Part shown: positions 8,909-18,503 of the stretch, piece by piece
Layout of the letters: every line of letters begins with the position of its first letter
How positions within the stretch are numbered: position 1 is the stretch's first letter
Source: a virus
Lineage: Duplodnaviria; Caudoviricetes
DNA length: 56,751 nt
Virus record (IMG/VR): IMGVR_UViG_3300028384_000458
Location: 1-56,751 of that record
Reading direction: 5' to 3' (one strand)
Program-made: the position numbers and the translations under genes
Notes under the pieces: model-generated
Databases searched by the model: none
What the model was told of the DNA's origin: nothing
What the model saw: only the letters and a program-made list of their open reading frames with translations

Positions 8909-10140
8909 TAAAGTTTGTTAATTCCTCTGCCTAAGTAAGATCTGTAACCGTGGGTTGTATTACCATCTACAAAATGTATAATAAGATCAACACCAGGATA
9001 ACATTCAAGGACTTTTCTTGTAGCTACAAAGCCGCTAGATCCTAATACAATAATGGTATCAGGCATCCAGTTAGATGTGTATAGCGGCTTTGGCATTTTA
9101 TTATCTACATTATACACAATTTTAGTGTTGCTGTCAACCTTATTGTTTATACCTTGTTTTTTAATATAATTGTTAAACTCAAGACCATCATCTTTGTTGT
9201 CTAGTCGAAATGTAACACTAACATCATTAGAATCAACAATGTTTCTAATGTAAGAATGCACCTCAACAATTTTATCGTAATATGTTTGATGATTGTTAGA
9301 TAACAAAATTAATGTTTTATTTCTTTTTAGTTCTTCTAATGTAAGAAGTAATTCATCAATTTTAGTATTTTTACTGTCAACACTTACGTTTACAGAGTTT
9401 CGTTGTGCGATTCGATGTGTTAAGGCGTTAACGTCTACTGAATAGTCGTCAATGTGAAGACCATACTTTAAACTTCTATCTTTATATAAAATCAAGTTAT
9501 CAGCAGTAGGTGATCCTAGTGTGTTTTCTAGATCTTCAATTGCTACACTGGGTAAGTTCTTAATTTTAAAGTTATATACTCCTGGTAAGGAAGATTCTCT
9601 AGAGAACTTTGTAATTTTATCATATAACTCTTGTACTTGAGGTTCAATAACAAAATTCTTATTAGCAAACGCACTTACAATTCTAAAAAGATTTTGTTCG
9701 TTATATTCAAAATATTGAACTTTTGTTCTTTTATCATAGTGGAAATTTTTTACTTGTAATTTTTCTAACGCACTAATAAGTTTCTTTTGAAACGTGAATC
9801 TTACAGCAATAAAGGGTGCTTTAGAGGAAGTAAACTCAGACATTTCATCTATGTTGTCAATAATCTTAATCCATCTACTACGATCGATTTCTCTTAAAGT
9901 CATACGAGGAGTTTTTAGATCGTCGTCTAATACTTTAAACCCGGATGACTCTAATTGCGACTTATAGTGCAACACTTTGTTCTTAGCAAGCTCAAACTGA
10001 CGATCGGTATACGCTATACCTCTAAAAGTTTGTCTAGCTAAACTAGTGATTAGATTATAGTCAGGCCGTTCTAATTTGATAGAGTCGCCGCCTGCCTGAA
10101 CCCCTGCTAAAATTTCAATATAATCTTCTACTGTAAACAT
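8908..10140 (-). CDS. Hypothetical protein
   Basis: 410-aa ORF coupled to uvsW, with its own sigma70-type promoter. Confidence 0.6.
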   Translation of the reverse strand: MFTVEDYIEILAGVQAGGDSIKLERPDYNLITSLARQTFRGIAYTDRQFELAKNKVLHYKSQLESSGFKVLDDDLKTPRMTLREIDRSRWIKIIDNIDEMSEFTSSKAPFIAVRFTFQKKLISALEKLQVKNFHYDKRTKVQYFEYNEQNLFRIVSAFANKNFVIEPQVQELYDKITKFSRESSLPGVYNFKIKNLPSVAIEDLENTLGSPTADNLILYKDRSLKYGLHIDDYSVDVNALTHRIAQRNSVNVSVDSKNTKIDELLLTLEELKRNKTLILLSNNHQTYYDKIVEVHSYIRNIVDSNDVSVTFRLDNKDDGLEFNNYIKKQGINNKVDSNTKIVYNVDNKMPKPLYTSNWMPDTIIVLGSSGFVATRKVLECYPGVDLIIHFVDGNTTHGYRSYLGRGINKL

Positions 10141-10146
10141 ATGTAC

Positions 10147-10175
10147 AGTATAACTTAAAATAGTTTAGAAGTCAA
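10147..10175 (-). promoter_or_regulatory. sigma70-type promoter TTGACT-N17-TATACT, 6 nt upstream of ATG 10140
   Basis: Minus strand TTGACT (10175-10170) and TATACT (10152-10147). Confidence 0.75.
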
Positions 10176-11009
10176 GCGTTTAAGTGGCAAACCTTGTGCA
10201 ATTTCTTCAACAGTAAATTCTGTCCAAGCATAGTCATTTAGCCATTGCTGTCTGTCAGGTGTATGAGGTCTTTCTATATCATGTAAGAAATCTATATCGT
10301 TTGCAGCTTCGTATGCTAGGCTACTAGCGCCTACAAACGCAGGAACACCTTGTAGTACACTGTGTATACCCGGATTACTACTGTAGCTTATAGTAGCATA
10401 TACGTTGTCAAACGACATGTCAAAGTCATCGTAACTTCCTGGAACCTGTACAGGATTTTGTCTATAAACATTCTTATATTGATGTTCTATTGCATCCAGT
10501 CTGCATCGAGGATGCGGCCTAAACAATATAGGACGGTCGGTGTATTTTTGTATAGTTTCAATAGTATCCATTACCCAGTGACTCATACGCGGCATGTTTT
10601 GCCACTGTTCACTCTTTTCGTGTTGTCCGCAAAGTAATATATACTCGCCGTCTGTACGCCAGGGTTTACATTCTAATCCGAGTAAAGATGCACGACTAGC
10701 ATCGTTCCCAGAATCCCCAAAATAAGCCAACCTATTAATTCCATTGAGTCCTACCTTCCAAGTTGTTCCACGTTTTATACCACCTACCTCAAGGACGATG
10801 GTCGGTTTGGATTGTGCCACGTTCCGTTTCCAGATAGCTTTATTCTTAGCCATTCTGCCATGCCAAAGGACACTCCAAATAACATCAACATCAGATACAT
10901 TGCTATTCCACACAACATCATGACCAGCAGCCACAAGACTGTCAGCAAAGGCATTAAAAACTTCTCTACTATTGAGTGCGCCATAATCTGTCCATAAACT
11001 AAATCTCAT
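10155..11009 (-). CDS. Capsule-synthesis (KpsC/KpsS-like) GT-B glycosyltransferase
   Basis: LLCGQ, ILFRPHPR and YSSNPGIHSVLQGVP pattern. Confidence 0.55.
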   Translation of the reverse strand: MRFSLWTDYGALNSREVFNAFADSLVAAGHDVVWNSNVSDVDVIWSVLWHGRMAKNKAIWKRNVAQSKPTIVLEVGGIKRGTTWKVGLNGINRLAYFGDSGNDASRASLLGLECKPWRTDGEYILLCGQHEKSEQWQNMPRMSHWVMDTIETIQKYTDRPILFRPHPRCRLDAIEHQYKNVYRQNPVQVPGSYDDFDMSFDNVYATISYSSNPGIHSVLQGVPAFVGASSLAYEAANDIDFLHDIERPHTPDRQQWLNDYAWTEFTVEEIAQGLPLKRLTSKLF

Positions 11010-11051
11010 ACTTAAATACTTTCATATAGCTTTATTTACACGAGGACAACA

Positions 11052-11894
11052 ATGCCAAGCATAACTGTGGTAACAACATTTCACCCTGAAGGATATTCAA
11101 AATATGCAAAAAGATTTTTAGAAAGTTTTGCAAAAAATGTAGATCCTAGAATTAAACTAGTAGTATACGCAGAAGGTATACTGCCGCCAAATCCAGATCC
11201 AAAAAGAATAGAAATACTAAGTGCGGAAAAGGCATTGCCTAAATTAAATGCATTTAAAGAAAAATACAAAAACGATCCTAAAGCAAATGGCATTCCACCA
11301 AACGATATCAAAGCAAGACGTCCACGAGATTGGCATAAGAAATTTAAATGGGATGCTATTAGATTTGCTAACAAAACCTATGCAGTGTTTGATGCGTGTG
11401 ATAAAGGTAAAGACTGGGTTGTGTGGATGGATGCAGACAGTTATATTCATAGTCCGTGGAGTTATGAAGATTTTATTGCATTGTTGCCGGAAGATAAATG
11501 GTTAACTTATGTAGGCAGAGGCAAAGGATCACAAACTTGGCCTGAATGCGGCTTTTATGGTATGAACTTAAATCATCCTATTTGCCTTTATTTCCTTACT
11601 GAGTTTGAACTTATGTATGAAGATGCAGAAAATAGAATGTTTAAATTAGAAGAATGGCACGATAGTTACATATTTGGCGAAGTATTAAAACTTGCATTAA
11701 AAGCTAATCCTAATGTATTAGATTATAGTGCAAACATGTATCTTAAAGAAGCTAAGACAGGCGGTGGCGGACATCCGCTTATTAACGGACCACTAGGTAA
11801 GTTTATGGATCATATGAAAGGTGGACGCAAAGACAGTGGCAAAAGTTTGCAAAAAGATTTAATGGTAAATAGAACAGAAGACTACTGGAGGTAG
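11052..11894 (+). CDS. GT-A fold glycosyltransferase
   Basis: VVTTF, RFANK, WMDAD (DxD), ECGF and WHDSYIF. Confidence 0.65.
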   Translation: MPSITVVTTFHPEGYSKYAKRFLESFAKNVDPRIKLVVYAEGILPPNPDPKRIEILSAEKALPKLNAFKEKYKNDPKANGIPPNDIKARRPRDWHKKFKWDAIRFANKTYAVFDACDKGKDWVVWMDADSYIHSPWSYEDFIALLPEDKWLTYVGRGKGSQTWPECGFYGMNLNHPICLYFLTEFELMYEDAENRMFKLEEWHDSYIFGEVLKLALKANPNVLDYSANMYLKEAKTGGGGHPLINGPLGKFMDHMKGGRKDSGKSLQKDLMVNRTEDYWR

Positions 11895-12499
11895 TCTCCC
11901 CAATATGTATAATCGTCTGAATAATAGTCTTTTATAATTTTAACGTGTGCATCTGTTACTTTAATTTCTTGAGTAATAGGTGCAGATACTTTTGTTTTTA
12001 TTGGTTTAATTTCTGTACCTGCTATTCGAGATACGTCAGTTAAAAATCGTGTGCTGATTTCATTAGTCTTATAAACATCATCAAACAACTCAACATCTTT
12101 ACCTAACACAACAACTTGCGGAAGAGAATGTCTTCTGATATCAGTATAGTGTGGCTGTGTTCTAAAATAATCTAAGTTATTAATAAAATCTTCCCAATTG
12201 TCAACTTCTTCTCTAATGTTATTTCTGTTTTTTAACAACACACGATCCTTAAAGCAACTAACTAAACGTCTAACTGGATCTCTAACAAGAGCGTATTTGT
12301 AGTCTACTTCGTCAAGTGTATAAGGTGCTCTTGCAACACTCTTCCACCATTCGTTGTGCTTTGTTAGTACACTTTTCATTTGCCTAGCCATATGTGCGCC
12401 GGCACGTGGATATCCCATTATACTTGTTGCGCTTGTAGTTCCGCACTTTTTGCTACAAGCAACATATAGGGTTGTCTGATTAGGAAATTTTACTATCAT
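11882..12499 (-). CDS. Sulfotransferase family 2-like protein
   Basis: KKCGTTS (5'-PSB), VRDPVRRLVSCF (3'-PB), HSLPQ and YYSDDY; ATGA overlap at 12499. Confidence 0.7.
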   Translation of the reverse strand: MIVKFPNQTTLYVACSKKCGTTSATSIMGYPRAGAHMARQMKSVLTKHNEWWKSVARAPYTLDEVDYKYALVRDPVRRLVSCFKDRVLLKNRNNIREEVDNWEDFINNLDYFRTQPHYTDIRRHSLPQVVVLGKDVELFDDVYKTNEISTRFLTDVSRIAGTEIKPIKTKVSAPITQEIKVTDAHVKIIKDYYSDDYTYWGDYLQ

Positions 12500-13422
12500 A
12501 TATACTCTCTCATATGACGCCAGCATGTTCCGTCTTCAAGTTCGCTAAACTTCCAATGGAACATGCTAATTCTTTCTAACCATTTTTGTCTATCAAACTC
12601 TTGCGGCGATTCAATCTTTTCAAATCCAACGTGTGCAACTTCTGCACATTGACTAGTTGTAGGGTCAGTTATAAAAGCACTGTATCCTTTAATTAAGGGC
12701 CCTACAATGCTACTACTGTTGTGATTAACAACTGCCCAACACTTTTTTAGATCAGCGTCAAACGAGTCTCTGTTAGTACTTAGACGTACATCTTTTATAT
12801 TGCGAAGCATTTGTTGAATGGAGTTTACATTACGGTTAGTTTCGTTATCTTTAGGATGCAATCTAATCACAATAGGTCTGTCAGTATATTTGCGTATACT
12901 TTGACAAGTGTTTATTAACCACGACTCAAGCCTAACACTTCCCATACTCCATCCTTGATTACGTTGCGCACAGATAAGAATATGTTTGCCTTTATTTTTC
13001 ATAGGCTCTAGATTTATACCTGTGTCTGCACTAATCTGTTGCCAACGTTTTGGGTCTATATTAGTATCACAGTAAATGCCCGTATTAGGAAAAACACCGT
13101 CAAAGCTATATCTTAAATAATGGTGCGGTTTGTTTGTTTTGTTAGCATAAAGAAATAAGTTTGCATCAGCACTAACTACATGCTTGTTCTTAGTACAGTC
13201 AATTACACTTTGACGTAGACGCAAGTGCGGCGCATTTTTGCCACGCTCGTGTTGCCAGCCTTGTATTACGCCTACATCGGCATCAACTAAACTAGTACCT
13301 CTGTGCAATATACCTGTGTCGCCTGCGGCATTCACGCCTTGTACAAACTTTGTAAGTATGTCAAACTTTTCTTGACTTTTGTTTTTGCTAGGTACTACAT
13401 CATAGTAACTAACTACTTTCAC
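12496..13422 (-). CDS. Capsule-synthesis (KpsC/KpsS-like) GT-B glycosyltransferase
   Basis: ILICAQ, IVIRLHPK and VNHNSSS...LIKG; paralogous to 10155..11009. Confidence 0.55.
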   Translation of the reverse strand: MKVVSYYDVVPSKNKSQEKFDILTKFVQGVNAAGDTGILHRGTSLVDADVGVIQGWQHERGKNAPHLRLRQSVIDCTKNKHVVSADANLFLYANKTNKPHHYLRYSFDGVFPNTGIYCDTNIDPKRWQQISADTGINLEPMKNKGKHILICAQRNQGWSMGSVRLESWLINTCQSIRKYTDRPIVIRLHPKDNETNRNVNSIQQMLRNIKDVRLSTNRDSFDADLKKCWAVVNHNSSSIVGPLIKGYSAFITDPTTSQCAEVAHVGFEKIESPQEFDRQKWLERISMFHWKFSELEDGTCWRHMREYI

Positions 13423-15116
13423 TTAACCATTTCCCAGGCATAGCCGCTCATCATTTCTTCACGGTTAAACTGACAATAACTTAGATGGCACATAAGAGCA
13501 TACATTTCGTCTTTGTCGGGCATATTGAGATTTTCCACTTCTGCTAAACTAGTGTTACATACTGCTGTAGCACAATTAGGCCCTAGGGCAATAGCAGGCT
13601 TTCCAAAATTTAATGCTTCTAATGCTGCAATACTATTGTATGTAATAATACAATAAACATCTAATGCCATTGCTGCTTCAAGAGATTGATTTGTAATACG
13701 ATGTCTGCGATCAGGCTTTAATCTAATTTCAATAGGGCGGTCTGTGTACTTTCTTAGTTCTTGACTTACTTGTTGTACCCATTCTTCAGGGCTCGGCTGA
13801 TCCCATAAAAACATAACTTTTTCACTAGGCGGAACTAATAAAATTTTTCTACCATCGCCTTTAAACTTTTTATATTTCCAGTTTAATAATCTGTCATCCG
13901 GTTGTGTAATTATTGGTTGTGTATTTTGTAATTCGTTTTTAGTTACACGATGCCAAATTTTTGCTTTGCTACCTTCGTTACCAAAGTAACCTGTATCAAT
14001 AGCATAAAATTCTCTACCAGTTTCCCAGCAATGTTTAATAGCCTTACGACTGCCGCCTCCAAGGCCTCTAATAATCAAAGGTGTAGAAGTTTTTTCTTCT
14101 GACTTCCAGTCACTTAATCTTCCGCCGCATCCTATAACAAAACTTTGCAAATATTCATCATACTGTAGACCGTCTTTGTGTTTGCTAATGCCTTCTTCGG
14201 GATCAATTGCTGCTGCTTTATGAATAACTCCCTTCATAAATTTATTTTGAATAACTTTCATTGCTTCTTCCTGTGTAAGACCATAATATTTTCCAGTAGG
14301 GTCAATTGGCGTTGTAACTAGTGCTTGGATTGCTTTTTTAGTGTCGTATGGTACAGTTAGAGAAGTAAAGTTTGACCCTTTAGATTTAGCGTTAACTACT
14401 TTTTGTTCTGCACCTATAATGCCTTGCATAAGATATTTGCGCTCTGCTCTATAATACTCTAGATTGTATTCACAATCTTTGTATTGTTCAAACCAAGGAC
14501 CGCCTTCTGTATAGTGTATAAACTTAGGTTTGCCGTCTTTAGGTTCTTTGTACCAGCCAACTAGCCAATTCCATTCGTGACTGATTTCGCCAACTTCGCT
14601 GTCCTTTAACCAACTAAATCTATGCAAATACTTGCCGTCAATGTCAGGATCATTAACAAGTTCTTTTGTTAGTTTTGCATTACTAGGGTGTCCACAATTA
14701 AACAGCATCATACTTGACCAATTTTTGCGTGGATAGTTAAGTTGCTGTTTGCCATCCATTTTCGTGCCTTCTTTTGGTGTATAATCATGCTGTGCGCACA
14801 TTACAGCATACTTGTCGTTTGCTAAATCAAACAGCTTTTTAACATCATCAACTGCAATAAAGTCACAATCAATAAACAAAGCCCAACCTTTAAATTCAGC
14901 AAGTTCAGGAACAAGGAATCTTGTAAATGTAAATTCTGTTGATGCAAGTTTATCACTTTTACGCCAATACATTTTATCACGTTTTAACAGTCTTTGTTTT
15001 AGAGGAATAACTTCAATAGGTATTGACGCAGTATCTAACAAACTCTGCTTGCATGCCTGGTATGCAATATCTTCTCGGCTATCCCAGCCTACATAAATTC
15101 TAAGGGGTGCGCTCAA
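13419..15116 (-). CDS. Two-domain glycosyltransferase: GT8-like GT-A plus KpsC/KpsS-like GT-B
   Basis: N-terminal GWDSRED, STEFTFTRF, FIDCD, YPRKNWSS and HYTEGGPW; C-terminal IEIRLKP and TYNSIAALEALNFGKP; TTG start at 15116 after GGAGG. Confidence 0.65.
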   Translation of the reverse strand: MSAPLRIYVGWDSREDIAYQACKQSLLDTASIPIEVIPLKQRLLKRDKMYWRKSDKLASTEFTFTRFLVPELAEFKGWALFIDCDFIAVDDVKKLFDLANDKYAVMCAQHDYTPKEGTKMDGKQQLNYPRKNWSSMMLFNCGHPSNAKLTKELVNDPDIDGKYLHRFSWLKDSEVGEISHEWNWLVGWYKEPKDGKPKFIHYTEGGPWFEQYKDCEYNLEYYRAERKYLMQGIIGAEQKVVNAKSKGSNFTSLTVPYDTKKAIQALVTTPIDPTGKYYGLTQEEAMKVIQNKFMKGVIHKAAAIDPEEGISKHKDGLQYDEYLQSFVIGCGGRLSDWKSEEKTSTPLIIRGLGGGSRKAIKHCWETGREFYAIDTGYFGNEGSKAKIWHRVTKNELQNTQPIITQPDDRLLNWKYKKFKGDGRKILLVPPSEKVMFLWDQPSPEEWVQQVSQELRKYTDRPIEIRLKPDRRHRITNQSLEAAMALDVYCIITYNSIAALEALNFGKPAIALGPNCATAVCNTSLAEVENLNMPDKDEMYALMCHLSYCQFNREEMMSGYAWEMVK

Positions 15117-15855
15117 TGTCTTCCTCCACGCATTGTTCTCCGTACTGTATTTCAACAATCCTGCAAGGTACATCGTACGGATTAGTTAACTGATGCCATT
15201 CGCCTACAGGTACTTTATATTCTTGGTGCATTGATAATTCTCTGCTAGGTAGTGTATATCCGTTAGCAAGAGCAGCATTAACAATACAACGTCCTTCTGA
15301 TACTAGCCAGTACTCTGCACGTTTGTGATGTCGTTGCATTGATAAACTTTTGCCTGGATCAACTGTAAGTTCTTTTACTTTACATCCTTCTACTTCGTGC
15401 AGCACACGATAGTAGCCCCACTGGCGCTCTGTCTTTGGTGACTTCCACTCTTCTAAGATCCAACTGCTTGAATTCTTTTTGTCTTCGCCGCCAATACCAA
15501 ACACAAACTCAACATCATCAAACACCATTTCAGGAATGTTTTCTGCTGTTCTATCTCCACCGTTAGCAAAGATGATGTGTGCATCTGGATACATCATCTT
15601 TACATTTTTAATTGCTTCAATAGCAGTATTGTCGTCGTCACCAAAAAGTATACAATGATCTACCATAGATAAATTTTGCACAATTGTAACACGCTCAGTA
15701 GCAGGCATAAATGCCCTACCTTTTTTGCGTGTTAGCCAAGCGTCTGTGTTTACACCAACAACTAAGATATCTCCTAATTGCTTTGCTGCGTTGAAGTAGG
15801 CAATGTGCCCTGAGTGTAAGGGATCAAAGCCTCCAGTGACTAGTACTACTTTCAT
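15100..15855 (-). CDS. Cytidylyltransferase-like domain fused to a mannose-6-phosphate-isomerase-type cupin
   Basis: TGGFDPLHSGH and NGGDR, followed by ERQWG, LSMQRH, RAEYW, WHQL and EIQYG. Confidence 0.8.
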   Translation of the reverse strand: MKVVLVTGGFDPLHSGHIAYFNAAKQLGDILVVGVNTDAWLTRKKGRAFMPATERVTIVQNLSMVDHCILFGDDDNTAIEAIKNVKMMYPDAHIIFANGGDRTAENIPEMVFDDVEFVFGIGGEDKKNSSSWILEEWKSPKTERQWGYYRVLHEVEGCKVKELTVDPGKSLSMQRHHKRAEYWLVSEGRCIVNAALANGYTLPSRELSMHQEYKVPVGEWHQLTNPYDVPCRIVEIQYGEQCVEEDIERTP

Positions 15856-15894
15856 GTAGATATTTATATGCGTAGATAATTAATAAATAGCTTT

Positions 15895-16545
15895 ATGAGT
15901 TATTTAATAAACAAACCTGTGCCGTTGGTTTTTGTACATATTCCAAAAACAGCAGGAAATGCTATCATTACAAGTTTAAGTAAAACAAATAGTACTAAGC
16001 ATATACCTAATGATCGAACAATAAATTCAAATTACCATAGCACATTACTAGATATAGAAAAATTCTTGCCGGAATTAGAAAACCCATTTGTATTTACAGT
16101 TGTTAGAAATCCCTGGGACAGAGTTTCTAGTTGGTTCTTTTTTAGAAAAAATATATTGAGATTAAGTTTGAAGAATTTTAAGAAATCTGCTAATAGAAAA
16201 AAAGTAATCGATAATAAAACAGAAATTCAAAAAGAATATGATCTAATGTGTAGTAGTTTTGATCGCTGGCTTTTAACTTATTATGAGACACCTTGGGACA
16301 ATACTTGGTTTAGTCTATCTCACAATCAAAATCATTGGTTAAAAGGGACTAAACTTTCTGTAGATAAAATAGTAAAATACGAAACATTAATAGAAGACTT
16401 AAAATTTTTAAATATCGAATTACCTGTTACTAATCAAAGTAAGAAAACAGTATCTAATTATAGAGATCTTTATACAGATAATTCTAAAAAATTTATATAC
16501 AAAATATATCAAGAAGATATAGACAAATTTAAGTATAGCTTTTAG
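15895..16545 (+). CDS. Sulfotransferase family 2-like protein
   Basis: FVHIPKTAG, VRNPWDRVSSW, KYETL and YQEDIDKFKY. Confidence 0.75.
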   Translation: MSYLINKPVPLVFVHIPKTAGNAIITSLSKTNSTKHIPNDRTINSNYHSTLLDIEKFLPELENPFVFTVVRNPWDRVSSWFFFRKNILRLSLKNFKKSANRKKVIDNKTEIQKEYDLMCSSFDRWLLTYYETPWDNTWFSLSHNQNHWLKGTKLSVDKIVKYETLIEDLKFLNIELPVTNQSKKTVSNYRDLYTDNSKKFIYKIYQEDIDKFKYSF

Positions 16546-17158
16546 GAACGTACACCCGTTCTTCTTCGTAAGTTTTTAATAATGTATAATCTAAAGAAAA
16601 TAGTAGTCTTTCGAGATCAGTTATTGTGTAATTAAATCTAGTAGCACATTTATCAAAAAATTCTAACGCAACAACAGGTTTACATTTTTTAATGGTATTG
16701 ACTGCACCTTGTAGTGCAAAGAATTCAAATCCTTCTATGTCTAAATGTATTAAATCACAAGTTGTTAAATTTAAATCATCGATGCGCAATGTAGGTATTT
16801 TTCCTACACCTTTTACATAATTCTTACCTCTATTAAGAGTTTTAATTTTTAGATTAACTAAATTTCGATCGTGACCTAAACATGCTTGGTATTTAAATAC
16901 ATTTTCGTGCTGAATATTTTGATTTAAACAGTAAAAGTTTATAGGCTCTGGCTCAAAGGTATAAACATTTTCAAATAATTCTGCATATTGTTTTACATAA
17001 TATCCCATATTTCCGCCTGCTTGTACGCAGACTTTTTTATCCGGTACATGAGAAGATATTAACGAAGGTAAATTAGGATGAGACATCATGTACCTCCAGC
17101 AACTAACATCATCAATTGGCCAAACCCAACCTTCTCTATTTTCTGTTTTTTCTTTCAT
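16529..17158 (-). CDS. FkbM-family SAM methyltransferase
   Basis: QAGGNMG, FEPEP and LDIEGFE. Confidence 0.8.
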   Translation of the reverse strand: MKEKTENREGWVWPIDDVSCWRYMMSHPNLPSLISSHVPDKKVCVQAGGNMGYYVKQYAELFENVYTFEPEPINFYCLNQNIQHENVFKYQACLGHDRNLVNLKIKTLNRGKNYVKGVGKIPTLRIDDLNLTTCDLIHLDIEGFEFFALQGAVNTIKKCKPVVALEFFDKCATRFNYTITDLERLLFSLDYTLLKTYEEERVYVPKSYT

Positions 17159-17835
17159 ATTAGATTCCTCGTTAGACTTGCTGTTTCAATATTGCTACCA
17201 ATTGCATAAAACGGATGCAATCTTGCCACTGTAGGTACAGTAGTTTTTAAATTTAAAATAACATTGTTAATTTGTTGATCTGCAGGACGATGTCCGTATG
17301 TTCTAGCACTAAACACTAGTTTTCTAGCACCACTTGGTTTTAAAATATACGAATATGCACCTTTAAAATAATTGCTTATTCCATATTTACTTAAATCTTT
17401 TGGACACGGATTTTTATAATCTTCTACAATAACTCTGTTGTGTTTTTCTTGATCTAGTAATTTTTCGTACTTGCTACTATATGGATCTAATCTGTCTAAC
17501 TTTAACACATCAGTAAAACAATCTAAAATATCGTTAGGTAGACGTCGAGTAAAGTAACCGTCATGTTCTAGTATAATAATAGGTTCGTTTAATTCAATAC
17601 ACTTTTGCCATAGGTAGTAATGGCTAAAGAAACAGCCTGACACACCGGGTCTATTCTTTTTAAATTTGCCGCCTTTTACAATACCAGTGCGTTCGTAATG
17701 ATATTCTGCATTATTTCCATTTATTGCCTTAAAGAATTCAGGCTGCAAGTTAAACTTAACAGCTTGTTCATAACACTCTTGTGCCATTTTACAAGAGTGT
17801 TCATTTTCTTCAAGTCTAATAATAAATGTTTTCAT
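17155..17835 (-). CDS. GT25-family glycosyltransferase
   Basis: FKAING, GCFFSHYYLW, ILEHD, GAYSY and PAD. Confidence 0.75.
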   Translation of the reverse strand: MKTFIIRLEENEHSCKMAQECYEQAVKFNLQPEFFKAINGNNAEYHYERTGIVKGGKFKKNRPGVSGCFFSHYYLWQKCIELNEPIIILEHDGYFTRRLPNDILDCFTDVLKLDRLDPYSSKYEKLLDQEKHNRVIVEDYKNPCPKDLSKYGISNYFKGAYSYILKPSGARKLVFSARTYGHRPADQQINNVILNLKTTVPTVARLHPFYAIGSNIETASLTRNLI

Positions 17836-18503
17836 AGCCTGTCTAATCCTTTTGACAGACTATTAATTTTATTTTCAATTTTTCCTTTAAAAATTGCAAA
17901 ACTTTTAGAAGTACTATAAGTGTTATAATTAGTTTTCTTATTAAAAACATACATTTCTGGAATTTCAGCAACTTCGTAATTATTATACAAATATGTTCTT
18001 ACAGAAACATCAGAATCCCACTGCAATTTAGAATTGTAAAGAACTTTACTAGAAAAATTGTTAACATCTGAAATAATATCGTGTCTTAAACATAACATTG
18101 CCATGCCGCCTTCGGCTCCGTTTTTCTTTGTTCTTGTAATATTAATTACTTCGTGAGTTTTGAATAAATCATTAAATCGTTCTTGATTAATTGTTTTAAT
18201 AGCAATAATATCAACATCCGAAACTACAACATTCTTGCTTACTTCTGGTATAGACCTCCATCGCGCAAGTGCATAATAACCTTTAGTATCTCTTGTGTTA
18301 AGAGTTTTATATTTCTTTTGGATTTGATCAAAAGAAATATTTTCGTAAGATCTATAAGATATATTTTTATTTTTTAGAGGAGGTTCTTTACCTAAAAAGT
18401 GTAAAGAGAGTTCAGCTTCTGGATAAAACTTTTTTATACTATTAGAATATAAACTATAAAATTTTTCGTAATAATTCTGTTCAGCTGCTGTATGAAAGAT
18501 CAT
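17832..18503 (-). CDS. Putative GT-A nucleotide-sugar transferase
   Basis: YYALARW, VSDVD (DxD) and W.SD; glycan-gene context. Confidence 0.4.
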   Translation of the reverse strand: MIFHTAAEQNYYEKFYSLYSNSIKKFYPEAELSLHFLGKEPPLKNKNISYRSYENISFDQIQKKYKTLNTRDTKGYYALARWRSIPEVSKNVVVSDVDIIAIKTINQERFNDLFKTHEVINITRTKKNGAEGGMAMLCLRHDIISDVNNFSSKVLYNSKLQWDSDVSVRTYLYNNYEVAEIPEMYVFNKKTNYNTYSTSKSFAIFKGKIENKINSLSKGLDRL

